Notes: generated from the sequence alone by a model not told the origin. A stretch of DNA of 63,974 nt, filler included, from Olpidium bornovanus S191 (GCA_017911155.1; 27 parts of 27 records of this genome joined end to end with filler, not necessarily neighbours in it), one strand, 5' to 3'. Shown: positions 1 through 11,768, counted from the first letter of the whole stretch. Translations and numbers: made by a program.

Positions 1-109
1 TTGCGGCGCACGTCTACAAAAATTGCCAGCGTGTTGCGTGAAAAAGCGTACTCTCATTGAGTGGACAAAACGGGACAGCGCCGCCTTTTGTCCACAACAC
101 CCATCCGAG

Positions 110-2198
110 TTCACGTACATGCTTGCGCAATCAGCGTGGCGACGCGCAGCTTCCGGTGACGAGTCCGCCAGCGGTACCCCCGTACGTGTTTCTGGATCAC
201 GGTCGCGTGACCATCAAGGATAGATTTGCGTAGACGCTCCAAATACGCGACCTGTCATAAACGGTCCGCGTAAGGAAGAAAAAAGAAAGCGACGAAGCAG
301 TCGACCCGGCTTCGACCCTACCTGACCGGCCCTAAAAAAAATCCTGCTGACTCCAATTTGGTACTTGTCCCTCGTCTGAGCCGAAAACGCAGCGGAAAGA
401 ATGCGCTTGCAGAACACGCGGACGTCGGAGAGGACCTCGGGCCTCGCCCAGATGGAGGAATGGACGAGCATATAGAAGCGGCCAACGAACTCCGAGATCG
501 TCCAACGGGACGGGTAGCCCGCGCAGGAGATGCGGATGGTCTCCAGCACGCCGCAAGCCCGCAGCTGGCTGAGGACCATGGGAGCGTCAAACTCCCACGG
601 CTGCTTTGTCGTGTTCGGCTTAATGCACCGGATGTAGTGGACGTTGGTGGTGTGGATGGTGTTCATCAACGAGATCAGCGAAGTCTTGAAAGTTGACCCC
701 AGCGTCGGCCGGCGCGCAACCAATCGGGCCTGCGGCTTCGGACTGCGGTCCGCCGCCGTATTGGGGCCGGTAAACTGTGTACGCGCGCGTCAGAAAAGCC
801 GTTTCCCGCATCGTCCGCGGCGCAAAGAATGCCCGCAAACACCACCTGTTGTTCCCGCCGAGCGATGATGTCCTTCAGAAAACCAAGCTGGCTGCCCTTC
901 AAAATTTCCAAGAGCTCCTCAGGCACCGAATCCTTGTTCTTCTCGACGAACCCTTCCGCTTCGTACGTCACCGGGTGGGCGTAATGTTGGATGGTGAACG
1001 CCGAGTTCGAGAACCTGGGCTTGGAAAAAATCTGTCGGTCCTGAGAGCTTCCGTCAGTCTTCGTTTTCTTGGGCGCCGCGGTCTCGAAGTTTTGGTACAG
1101 CTTCGCCAGGTACCCGGCATCGGAACCGGACGGGAGGCGGCACTCCTCGTCTAGCAGCGATAGAATCCCGAGTTTGCCCTCGATCATATCGATCGTGCGC
1201 TGGTTGTCCGCGAAGTCAATGAACGTCCACTCGATCTGCTCCCTCACGTATTCTTCCTGCTCGAGCTTGAAGACGTGCTCCGCAAACTAAAAAGCCGGGG
1301 CTGCGTGAGAAGAACTGTCGAACGCGCGGCATCGCCGAACAAATCCACCCCCCCCTCCCCCCCCTTCTGCGACCTACCCCCTGCTGCAGCTTCTCGTTCG
1401 CGTAGTTGATGCAGAACTGCTCGAACGAGTTTTTCTCGAAATGCTCGAATCCGTATATGTCCAGCACGCCGATGAACGTCTTCTTCGCCTCGGAGACCTT
1501 GTCCACTCTGAGGCGCGAATTCACGATTTCCACGAGCCATTCGAACACGCACGAATACACAAACTTCGCAAGGGCGTCCCGGACGGTTACAGCCTGCGCC
1601 GTGGAAAGGCCAGAAACGATCTTGTCACTCCGCGTGATGATCTGCTTCATTGTCAGCCACTTCTGGAGAGCGGCGGCGTCGAGGCCCAGAAGCCGGGCCG
1701 ACGTTTCCAGTGCCACATCCGATTCGGAAATAAAGGCCGGGGACTTATCTGAGCCGCCGACTTTGATGTTTCCAACATGCAGGAGCGCGGAGAGAAGCCT
1801 GAAGACCTGCCACTGGAGCTGAACGGCAACGCCGATCGTCGAGAGAGCGCGCTGCGTTATCGCAAATTCGGCGGCGTCGTCCACGCCCTTGATAGATTGG
1901 AAATCGGCACCTCCTTGGTTCAAATAATGAAAATCGGCAGCGGATCCCATAAGGCCCAGTTCTTCTTTTTCCGAGGGAGGCGCGCCAGCCACGAGCTGGT
2001 AGAATATGTGATAGTTCCGCTCCGACTCCGGCTGGGAAATCAGGCGGGTCCGCTCGAGCAAGTACGTCCGGATCTTCGCGCCGACGATCGTCTGGTTCTC
2101 GTCAAACTCGATTTCAATGTACTTTCCAAATCGCGAACTATTGTCGTTGCGCGACGTCTTCGCATTGCCGAACGCCTCCATGATGGGATTAGTTGCTG
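110..2198 (-). CDS. MYO2: Class V myosin, motor domain through first IQ motif (partial, spliced)
   Basis: TNPIMEAFGNAKTSRNDNSSRFGKY, LLERTR, ERNYHIFYQL, switch II GVLDIYGFEHF, EQFCINYANEKLQQ, HYIRCIKPN, SQLRACGVLETIRIS, IQKHVRGY. GT-AG introns at 1287-1377, 775-845 and 252-321 restore one frame. Upstream acceptor near 2198 has a GCTAAC branch point. Confidence 0.95.
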
Positions 2199-2267
2199 CG
2201 GTGCGGGGAGCGGGGTAGCGGAGTTAGCCAACGCCGAAATCGCCGAGACAAAAAAACCCCCTCGTTC

Positions 2268-2274
2268 CCGGCCC

Positions 2275-2305
<31 letters not shown>

Positions 2306-2312
2306 ACACACG
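2268..2312. repeat. Poly(C) plus (CA)n tract at the myosin orientation switch
   Basis: About 20 C followed by a (CA)n run, between two outward-facing 3' splice sites. Confidence 0.9.
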
Positions 2313-2368
2313 CTTCCCCCGTCCCTCTATTTCGCGCGAATTTGCTGACAACGGCCGTAAATTCGCAG

Positions 2369-3509
2369 ATGAAAGACGATGACGATTTCTACTGCGCTTT
2401 CTGGCTCTCCAACGTGCTGGAGCTGCTGGCGATAATCCACGCGTCGGAAGAGGCCATTGAGAAAAGCGCGCGCGGTCCGTCTCGCGGCAGCTACCGCCCG
2501 CATCACGGTGGCCCACAGGAGCACACGGAGGTGACGAAGCTGGTAGCGAGCATCAAGAACGACCTGCACTTTCTGCTCGAGGGCATCTTTCACGGCTGGT
2601 CGCGGCGGCTCTTGAAGCGGCTGAACCGCAAGGTCACGCCCGCCGTCATCGAGGAGCAGTCCCTGCAGGGGTTCGTGTCCGTGGAGAACGGCTTTCTCAG
2701 CAAGTTCGTCGCCTCCCCGCAACCGAACGTGACGGTGGAGGGCCTGCTCGGCTTCTTTACCAAGATCCTCGGCACCATGGAGTGTTTCTTCATCGACGAG
2801 CGGATTCGCCGGCGGGTCATATCCGCGATGCTCGGCCTGACCGGCGCCACCGCCTTCAATCACCTTATCATGAAAAAGAGCCTCTGTTCTTGGAGGAGAG
2901 GTGGGGAGTTGTTTTTTTTTTGTGACGCCGGAGAACGCTCCAAGCAATTTTTGAGTTTGCCATGCTGCTTTTTCGCCTCGAATTATCTAATCCGCTGCAC
3001 AATTAACCGTCCTCTCGAACACCCGTCCATCCTCACGCCTTTTAAACGCACCAGGAATACAAATTCAATACAATATCACGAAGGTGGAGGACTGGTGCCA
3101 AAAGCATGGCATGGCGGACGCGTTCGCGCACCTGGGCCCGCTGATGCAGGCGGCAAAACTCCTGCAGCTGCCCAAGCTGACGGAGGACGACGTGGACATG
3201 GCGTTCGCGGTGTGCGACCAGCTGACGCCCGCGCAGGTGAACAAGCTGGTTTCGAACTACGCTTTGGCCGACTACGAGAAACCGATCCCGCCGGCCGTCC
3301 TCCGGGCCGTCGCCGAGAGGAGCCAGGGAAACGGCACGGTGCTGCTGGACACGAGACAGCGGACGGACCTCGACGCCGCGGAGGTAGAGGCGCTGCTGGC
3401 GTCGCTGGCCACGAGGCCCATCCCCCTCGTCGAGCGACACGTCCCCGGATGGGTGGCCGGCGTGCTGCCAAACATCACGGCCGTCGTCGACTGGTCCGCG
3501 CGCAACTGA
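2369..3509 (+). CDS. MYO2: Class V myosin C-terminal globular tail / DIL domain (partial, spliced)
   Basis: CAFWLSN, FNHLIMKKSLCSWRRG|IQIQYNITKVEDWC, LMQAAKLLQLPK and LTPAQVNKLVSNY are typical of the Myo2 cargo-binding domain. Acceptor at 2368 (GCTGAC branch point), intron 2901-3054, TGA 3507-3509. Confidence 0.9.
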
Positions 3510-4455
3510 ACAGTTGGGTTGCTGTTTGACGAACTGTGTTTTTGTAACGCGACGGCGTGGCCGTCGCACTACCCGGCTTTTTTTTTGCCCTTCCTTATTT
3601 ATCGCTCGCATTCCATCCGTCCCCCTTTCCCCGAAAATTTGCGATCATTTATTTTTCTTTCCCACGGCATATCGCCACCCCGTCCCGTCGCACGTCTTTT
3701 TTTTTTGAAGCGGACAAAATCAAACCTCTTTCCCCACCCCACTCGAAAATTTGTTTTCAAGATGCAAATTTTTTCCTCACGCCCTCTTTGCTCGGGGCCA
3801 ACAAAAGGGGGGGTGAAACATCACTCCCGATCGTGTCAACGGCACCTAACCTCCACCGCCGCCGCGTCTCATTTCTTTCTTTTTTATTTGTATAATTTTT
3901 TGCGTATCGCGGAAGGTGGAGGAAGAAGGAAATTTTTGCGCGCTCCGCCTTTCGCGGAATTGCACGCACCGCGCGCGTGCGTACACCACCCCTCTTCCGC
4001 CCCTCCCCAACCCCCCCGGGGCTTCCTCCACCCCGCTTAAGAAAGAAATATGGCCCAGAAGAAAAACCCCCCAAAAAAATCGCACACAGATTATTTTGAC
4101 GTAGTAAATTAATATGTATATGATTGGTTCACTCCTGTTTTAAAGGGGGGGAGGGGTTTCGCCGCCGAAGCGAGAAATAATGCATCCGCACCGAGCAGAA
4201 ACCACACCCCCCCCCCCGAAACAAACGCCGTCTGTCGGCGCGAGTCGAGGAGGCATCGCTCGAACCGTCCCCCCGCCGAGGGGTCGTCGTTCGACGGTCC
4301 GAGGCCTCAGGCGGGCTCCGATGGCGCGGGCGCGAGGCGAGGTAAGGCGTCGCTCGCGTAAACAAGAGCAAGGCGTCCACCAGGAGAATGGTGGAGAGTA
4401 CGAGCCAACAATTCAGATATTTCGCCACGTCCAAGGGTACGCTCTCTCTGTGGAT

Positions 4456-4724
4456 TCACTGCCAACAGAACCAAAATCGTACCAGGAAGCGATTTCTGGA
4501 AAGGATTCCATTCGTTGGAAGAACGCGCCATGCAAGAAGAAATGGAGAGTCTTCTCAAGAATGAAGGCTGGGAATTGGTTCCTCTACCCGAGGACAGGAA
4601 ACCAATATCTTGCAAAATGGATCTATAAGATCAAGATGAATCCCGACCAGTCAATTGAGCGATTCAAAGCAAGACTTTGTCGTGAGAGGATTTTCTCAAA
4701 AGCATGGAATTGATTTTGCAGAAA
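4456..4724 (+). mobile_element. Ty1/copia reverse transcriptase N-terminal fragment, frameshifted
   Basis: EPKSYQEAI..W..AMQEEMESLLKNEGWELVPLPEDRKPISCKWIYKIK..ERFKARLVVRGFSQKHGIDF across three frameshifts; cut off by the contig end. Confidence 0.92.
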
Positions 4725-4824
4725 NNNNNNNNNNNNNNNNNNNNNNNNNNNNNNNNNNNNNNNNNNNNTTAATTAATTAANNNNNNNNNNNNNNNNNNNN
4801 NNNNNNNNNNNNNNNNNNNNNNNN
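4725..4824. other. Artificial contig-joining spacer (first of 26 identical 100-bp spacers)
   Basis: 44 N + TTAATTAATTAA (stops in all six frames) + 44 N, repeated up to 62874-62973. Contigs: 1-4724, 4825-9444, 9545-10685, 10786-15382, 15483-16714, 16815-18734, 18835-22040, 22141-23369, 23470-25763, 25864-27272, 27373-28898, 28999-32920, 33021-35379, 35480-37712, 37813-39024, 39125-40398, 40499-41585, 41686-43976, 44077-46641, 46742-48956, 49057-51249, 51350-53453, 53554-55774, 55875-58242, 58343-61209, 61310-62873, 62974-63974. Confidence 0.99.
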
Positions 4825-5083
4825 CATGCGCGTTACGTACAAAAGCCCGTTGCCGGCGTTTCGCTGATCCCGCGGTTTCCCTCAATCTAAGCACCTCAGG
4901 TTTTGCGTTGCACCCAACGCGCAAATGGCAAGACAACCGGTTCGCTCCCGCGGCGATAGAAAAAAAAATGGTGGGTTACGTTTCTCCCGGCTGTTAGTTT
5001 CGAAAAAAACTTTGCAGCAACTGGAGACGCGTAGCCGCCCGCGACTTACGCAGGCAGGTAGCCGAAACGCGCCGCGATACTGT

Positions 5084-6148
5084 TCATCGCGCGATTCTTT
5101 TGAGTTTCGTTTCTGGCAGATAAGCGCGCGAAAGTTTCAGGGGCGCAAAAATCAGCGCGGGACATTTGACGGGGAAAAAAGAGCGCGTGGCGGAGGGGAG
5201 GAGAGGAGGGAAGAGGGGGGGGAAGGGGATCTCCCGTCCGCTGCGCTCCGATGAAGGTGCAACGGACGTAACCAAAGTGTCGTTCTCAGATCAGAAACGC
5301 CCTTAATCTCCCGCTCCACGCACCAAGGGCTTTGGTGTGCTCGTCCAAGCCCACGACGAGGGCGAACAGCCTGTCGACTTGCCCGCAAACTTCGTCGACG
5401 AGCGCGAGGTTGGGTGCCATATCCTCGACTTCGCGCGAGACAGATTTTACGGAAGCGTTGACATGGCAAGATCGGGGAAATTCCGCCGACAAAGAAACTG
5501 GACCGCCGGCTTTCAAGGAAACGCACAGATTTTCTGCAAGGTCGATAGCTCGGCCCTGACGTCCTGCGCCCTGAGGTTCATCTCCCCGTACAAGTCTCTC
5601 GTCAGCGCGTTCGCCGTCTCCAGGACCTTAAACTCTTCGGACGCGGCTTTTTTTTTTAAGTCAGTCACCGAAGCGGTACCCGACAACGCCAAGTGACCGT
5701 TTGAGCAGACAAGCGGAGCCAGCACCAAACGCTCCCGCGTTCCCCGGCCGCAGGTCTCCTTCACCCCCCCGACCGTGCCAGGGAAGAGGGGATGGGGAAC
5801 CGGGCTTCCCGGCTCGAAAAGCGTACCTCTCAGATCCGAGCGAACGACCTCGGCGACTTTGGATAGCGCCGCGCCGCACAGATCCGCGGCGCGGCGCTTG
5901 GAGTCCCCCGCTGCCGGCGCTCCGCGGTCCCCTTCTCCCTCTGCTGGCCCCGGCGGGCAGGCCGGGACGGTAAGCTCCGCGCCGGGCGGCGGCGAAATCG
6001 GCGGTGCAGAAAACGCGGGGGTGGCGGACGACGCCTGACCGTGGGCGAGGGGCACAGGTCCCTCCTCCTCTCTGTCTACCTGCCGCCCTCCTCCACCTCC
6101 TCCTCGCCCTCCTCCGGTCTCCCTGTCGTCTGGAGGCGTAGGCGACAT
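5084..6148 (-). CDS. BLOC1S2: BLOC-1/BORC subunit 2 (BLOS2) homolog, spliced
   Basis: Spliced product ADLCGAALSKVAEVVRSDLRAASEEFKVLETANALTRDLYGEM...FEDMAPNLALVDEVCGQVDRLFALVVGLDEHTKALETKLKRIAR* aligns by eye to human BLOS2 ([32 protein letters not shown]...LDAYSKKLEAKYKKL). Introns 5647-5826, 5429-5526, 5113-5323. Confidence 0.8.
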
Positions 6149-6460
6149 CCGCGTGGGTGGAGGTCGGGACGAGACTGCAGAACAGGCAGCGGCGCGCCGA
6201 AGTCCCGACGGACAGCAAGGGCGCGTGGCGTGGCGCGGCGGGGCGCGGCGGGGCGGGGGTGAGCGGGCGGGCGGGCGGGAGGCGAAGGTGGGTCGGCCGG
6301 GCCGGCGCCCAACGGCGACAAAAGAGAGGGTGAAGACGGGAATGTTCAGGCCGACGCCCGGACTCCCTCCCTTCCTCCAATCCTTCCTGGGCGCCAAAAA
6401 CCCACGCGTCTCGAATCCTGCAAAACTCCGAATGGCGCGAGTCCGTGGCGAAAATGCCAA

Positions 6461-6500
6461 ACCTGTTGCGACCTTCTCACACCTGTTGCGACCTTCTCAC
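6461..6500. repeat. 20-bp tandem duplication
   Basis: ACCTGTTGCGACCTTCTCAC x2. Confidence 0.9.
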
Positions 6501-7015
6501 AAAGTCTTTGTCTGCCTGCCAGCAGTCCGCTTGACCCCCCCCCCCTCCGCCCACAGTTGCCAAAGTTGTGGTTACCCTAAGTTTTCGGTACCGTTCGTTA
6601 GCCGCCACATGCAATGCTGAGTGCGAACCCTCACATGCTCCTTACAGAAACACCAGACCCAAGCGGCTCTCGGCTCGTTCAAAAGCGTCCTCAAAAGCTA
6701 CAAAAGGACTCCGGTCGCTCCTCGCGAAGATCCAGGTGTTCCACGTCCGAAGCCGCGTTCACGCTGAACGTCCCGGATGGGCTCCTACACCGCGTACCTT
6801 GGAGGGGTGCGGCTGGTTGTCAAAACTGCTGATTTCTATACACAAATAAACGAACCATAGATATGCTTATACCGCACATTTTAGACCATTGTCCATAATA
6901 GGATCCGGACTTGGCGCTTTGAAAGAAAGGGAGGAGGGGGAGAAGGGGGCTTTGTGCGCCGCGCAGAGGTGGGTGTAGACGAGAATTTTTTCCTTGGCGA
7001 CCAGGGCACCTTTAT

Positions 7016-7259
7016 TTTTTTTTTTTCTGTAGTTGTTTTGAGTTTGTCGCGGTTCATGGAAGCCGCATTTACTTCTTATCCTCCCGTGTTCTACTTCCAA
7101 CTCGCCAAAGCGCTCTCAGGAAGCGAGTAACAGGGATGTTTTTTTTTTCTGTAGTTGTTTTGAGTTTGTCGCGGTTCATGGAAGCCGCATTTACTTCTTA
7201 TCCTCCCGTGTTCTACTCCCAACTCGCCAAAGCGCTCTCAGGAAGCGAGTAACAGGGAT
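7016..7259. repeat. 122-bp tandem duplication (2 copies)
   Basis: CTGTAGTTGTTTTGAG...AACAGGGAT starts at 7027 and 7149; near-identical (CTTCC vs CTCCC). Confidence 0.95.
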
Positions 7260-7379
7260 ATCGCTCAGTTACAAGGCCAAAGCTCGATGCAGATCGACTT
7301 GTCGACAGACGGCAATCAAACTTTGCCCTTACTTGCTCATGTGCAATGCCGGAAGCTGCGGTTTTGCGATTGTCGCCGT

Positions 7380-7900
7380 TTACGTTTATGATCCAAATCT
7401 CTTCAGCTCAGATCCCATGATCACAGCGACCGAGCTGCTCTTTAAGCGTTAGTTTCGAGATGATGAGACTCGAGCTCCTGCCTCGGAGCACGCACCTTCC
7501 CGTAGGCATCCGGGTATATCAGCACTCTACACCAGAGCACGTGCTGCAACAATTCCGCGTGCACAATGCTTTCCTTCTGTGGATGCCCCCGGCCGTCCGA
7601 TGGTTGATCGCATCGGGTGATGCTTTCTGTCTTTTCGACGTAGAGGAGTCGCCAGGGTGCAAAAACGCCGTACCTTGCCACGGTGCGGGCTTGATGCACC
7701 TGGCAGAACAACACGCGTACGGATATCGCCCTCGCCCTGAACGCCCTGGAGTAACACGGCACCAGAGCCTCCTAACGAGATTGGGATGGAGTTGTCCGAC
7801 ACTTATCAGTCGAAGCTACACCTTTATGAAGAATATGGCGGCCATCTCATGAGGTTTGCCAAGCTGTCCTTCACAGTGACATCGTGCAAAAGTCTTGGCT
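7380..7900 (-). mobile_element. Possible heavily decayed tyrosine-recombinase (DIRS/Ngaro/Crypton-like) relic
   Basis: Ordered fragments across frames: VQGEG (cf. DQxGxG), FCQV (cf. CPV), LREGACSEA (cf. HSLRxGxA), KEQLGRC (cf. LGRW). Multiple stops and frameshifts; weak. Confidence 0.3.
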
Positions 7901-10068
7901 CTACATGAGGTTTCAAAAAAGTCATCTGGCCCCGCTCCACGAGCGCCTGCACGCTTCCGATATAGGATACACTATCTCTGGTCTACGAAGACACGCTGCG
8001 TGCATAGCCCTTATAAATTCAGGTTGCGTCAAAGGGGATCAGACAAAGCGGCATCTCCCAAAATTCCTTTAGCCATGAATTCCTGCGGAAGGAGATCGGC
8101 CTGCGGCGGGGATGATCTCACTGTGCAGACCAGTTCACTAAGGAAATGCCCATCCGACCCCATTAGCAGATGGTAATGCCGTTGGTCTCAGCCGACTTAC
8201 ATCCTTCCTGCGTGACGAAACGACCGGAGCATGTTGTAAAACTGCATCACACCGCGGCGGGATTTCCAAAGCGCAAGCGGCCCGTAGCTGAGATAAAGAT
8301 TGACGAGAATCAAAGGGACGGCCCGGGCATGCTATAAACCTGCTTTATTTCAGAACGGATCGCCGCACCCTGCAGATGCGGCCGCCAATTCCCCTAACCG
8401 TTGTGCATTTGAAATGTCGCAGGTACAGCACATCGCCTCATGGGCCTGATCCCAGCAGGGAACCACAAGAACTCGCTGTTGTAGAATGTTTTCCAAGGTT
8501 GCGCACCTCCTAGACTCGACCGCTCGCTTCATATTTTTCGTGAAGCTGGTCCCCTCGCCTCCCGCCTCCCCCCCGCCGTACCGAGATTCGTCTGCGAGTG
8601 CCGCGTGAGCACACCGATTTCGGGTGGATCCTGCCTTTTGCCCCGCCTGCTGCAAAAGTAGATTTGGTTTCCCCCATTCTGAGCAAATTTGCGGAACTTC
8701 AAAACGGTGAGGAAAGTTCCAGGGGTGACCCTGCACGCATATCCTGGATTGTGGCGGCACCACAAGTGGACTGCAAGAGGGAAACACCTCACCCCCCCCC
8801 TTCCAACTCTAACCCTAAGAGAACTCCAAACTCATAGGACCGCGGGTGATGGGGCCGAAGAGGGGTAACTGCCCGTCGTGTGGTACAATTTATGGGGGCT
8901 GCAAAGCAAAGAAAACCACCACGTCGGGAACACAGTCCGTGAAATTCGGCTTGATGCCGTTGTCCCGAGCTTCCACCGAAGCACGGCATAATTCTGCTGG
9001 CGCCCTCAAAAAACCGGGACAGATGTCAACCCTACGCGGTCAGCCAAACCCGCCAGCGGTAGGGGACAATGGCACTTTATCGGCGACACACCCGAGCCTT
9101 TTGCTCTAAATTCTTTTAACCTGGAGCGTCCCTTTTCGCTGATGCCAGCCATTCTGACAGAGGTCTTAAACAAATGTCCCGTGTTTTACATCGACAGTGC
9201 TGCTTGGTCGCCACAAATCTGGCCCCACGGGGATTCTTATTTGGTGATGCCTGGAAATAGATTTGGCAGATTCAAAAGTCCGCCCTCAACCTGCCTATGG
9301 TTTTTCGGTGAAAAGCCACAAACATACCAATGACGCCGCAAGCAAGGCGTCCGCCTGGCACAATTTTGGCGAATGGGATTTGAGTGAAATGCCCAAAAAC
9401 ACTATCGCTGGCAAGCGGGAACACCCTCAGTGCTCACCAGCATGNNNNNNNNNNNNNNNNNNNNNNNNNNNNNNNNNNNNNNNNNNNNTTAATTAATTAA
9501 NNNNNNNNNNNNNNNNNNNNNNNNNNNNNNNNNNNNNNNNNNNNCATGGGAGACGCTTAAATGCCCATCACACATTATGCAATATCACCAATTCGAAATG
9601 TCCGGCTTTGTGCAGAAAACACGAGGATTGACAGCAGATATGCGGTCACGAGGCAGACAGCGTCGACTCTGCGTGAGCATTGATGGAGAGGCAAGCGGCT
9701 GGGGGAGTAACGAACGGCTATATTAAAAAGATACACGAAGGTGGAGAAAAAACAAAAGATACATAATACGTGACGTAGACCACGTAAGACAAAATACAAG
9801 TTGTGGGCGGAGGAAACCCCGCCGCAGATGCCTTCGCGAGGCGGGCAAGAAGGGGCGTGAGGTACAAATCGGGAGTAGATTGGGTAAACGGAGGAAACGT
9901 CCAGGTCGGCTGGGTGGGACGAACGTGAGTTTGAATTCGAAGGACTCTGAAAACCAGCCGGATCTACTGATGTGTGGTGTTGTCTAAACCAGAGAACATT
10001 TTCTGTTTATGAAAGGAAAAAAAAACCATAGATCTCCAAGAAAAAAGCGGAGAGTTGAAATCTTCGGT

Positions 10069-10685
10069 TCACCCGTTATTCTCCGCGTGCGACGAGCGTA
10101 CGGGGGGGTTGTCGACGGCACGATCGCAGGAAATGCCGTTGGATGCAGCTGCCGCGACGTGGAGGTCGGGGTCCGAAGAAACGGGCCGGCGCCCGGCTTC
10201 CGCAGTAGGGGTGGCTTCTCCGGGATCAATAAACATGCCCAAAAGCGACATCGGCATTGGACTAACCGGCCCTGCCGGCACCCCGGCTCTCCTGGAGAAG
10301 TTCGCGGTCGACGGGGACGCGGACGGCTCGACCAGCCCTGCAGCCCCTCCGGCCATCGGCTGAGCAGCGGCGGATGAAACGCCTGTTGCCGTTGCTGTCG
10401 TCCCTCCTTCCGAGGAACAGTCGCAGCCGGGACTGGGCTCAGCCGCATGCGCGAGCGCGCGCAGCTTCTCGAGCGCGTCGTCTCCTGACTGCTCCACCAG
10501 CGAGCGGAAGAGACCTTTCGGGTTCGAGAGCAGGTCGAGGGGCGGCGCAAACTCGGCCACCCGGCCTTCGTGCAGGACCATTATCCTGTCGGATCGAGCG
10601 GCAATGGTGTTCAGCCGGGACGCGATCGTGAGCACGGTGTGCTGCGCGAACTGCTTGTATATTACGTCTTGGATGAGGAGGTCCG
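10069..10685 (-). CDS. ABCC/MRP-type ABC transporter, C-terminal end of NBD2 (5' partial)
   Basis: DLLIQDVIYKQFAQHTVLTIASRLNTI..SDRIMVLHEGRVAEFAPPLDLLSNPKGLFRSLVEQSG matches the ABCC C-terminal signature, followed by a low-complexity tail. Confidence 0.9.
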
Positions 10686-10883
10686 NNNNNNNNNNNNNNN
10701 NNNNNNNNNNNNNNNNNNNNNNNNNNNNNTTAATTAATTAANNNNNNNNNNNNNNNNNNNNNNNNNNNNNNNNNNNNNNNNNNNNCATGAATTTCCTAGT
10801 TCCCCCTATCATTCCCTTCCCCCCCTTTCGCCTCTGGTTGGAACCCCTTGATGTTGTCCTACTACTACTACTACTCTCACGCG

Positions 10884-11324
10884 TGTTGGAGAATAGACCC
10901 GGCTTGCACGCCGAAACGCGTAAAACTCAGAGAGAGAACAAAGATACATAAACCCGATAGATTGGCGGAATACAAAAACTCTTAGGAGCTCCTCTTAAGA
11001 CTCGAATTCTACAGGATTAGCGCTCCGTCTCCCCGTCCAACCTCCTCCCTCTACGCAAAAACACCCCGATCAAGAAGAGACGCGTAGAAGACTCGACTTT
11101 TTTCCGAAAGCCCCGACATCGAACCCAACGAGCGGTTTACCCGGGGCCTATAAATTTTTTCTTGTGACCGCTGGAAGTATCAAATCAGAGATAGTGACCG
11201 GTCAGAAACGTTGAACGGGGAAAACACAGAACCTCGGTGGTTTCGAATTTTCCTGCTTTTCCTCTCTTATTTTTGGAAGATACATTTTTCCTTCGCAACT
11301 GGTGCTCCCGGGCAGGATTCCAAC
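10884..11324 (+). mobile_element. Putative LTR followed by a tRNA-3'-end primer binding site
   Basis: TGTTG at 10884, TATAAA near 11149, ...CGCA-AC at 11299, then TGGTGCTCCCGGGCAGGATTCCAAC. The reverse complement of that stretch looks like a tRNA T-arm/acceptor end including CCA. No clear gag follows. Confidence 0.45.
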
Positions 11325-11768
11325 GTTGCCCCGTGGCCATGACTGACCGTTCGCCGCTGTAGTGGTCCGCCATTTATTGATAACGATACGGCCTTCGTTC
11401 AATGCCGCCCCTAATTGCATCTGGTGCGCCTCGATGGCGACGGGGAAACGGTTTCTTGTGTGTGGTTCGGGTGAGGGTGAGGCACGAATTTCCCCACCCC
11501 TCGCCGGGGAAGCCGCCCAGCCCACCGGTGCGGGCGCTACGGAGAGCGCATCGAGATCGACGAGTGCTTCGGGGAGCACATCGGAATTAAGACGGTGTAG
11601 GAGGAAAAATGTGTTTTCCGAAATGCTGCTGCTTGGGGCTGTGGAATCAATACATGCCAACCAAAAGTGTATTACCTACAATGGTACTTGGGAGATAAAA
11701 CTGTCATTCACCGACTTCTTGTTGACAATCTAACGGTTACCATCCCCCCCGCCTCCCAGATGTCATAG

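Noticed and set aside
4769-4780. TTAATTAATTAA recurring 26 times
   Set aside because: Always centred in 44+44 N; a synthetic six-frame-stop linker, not a biological repeat.
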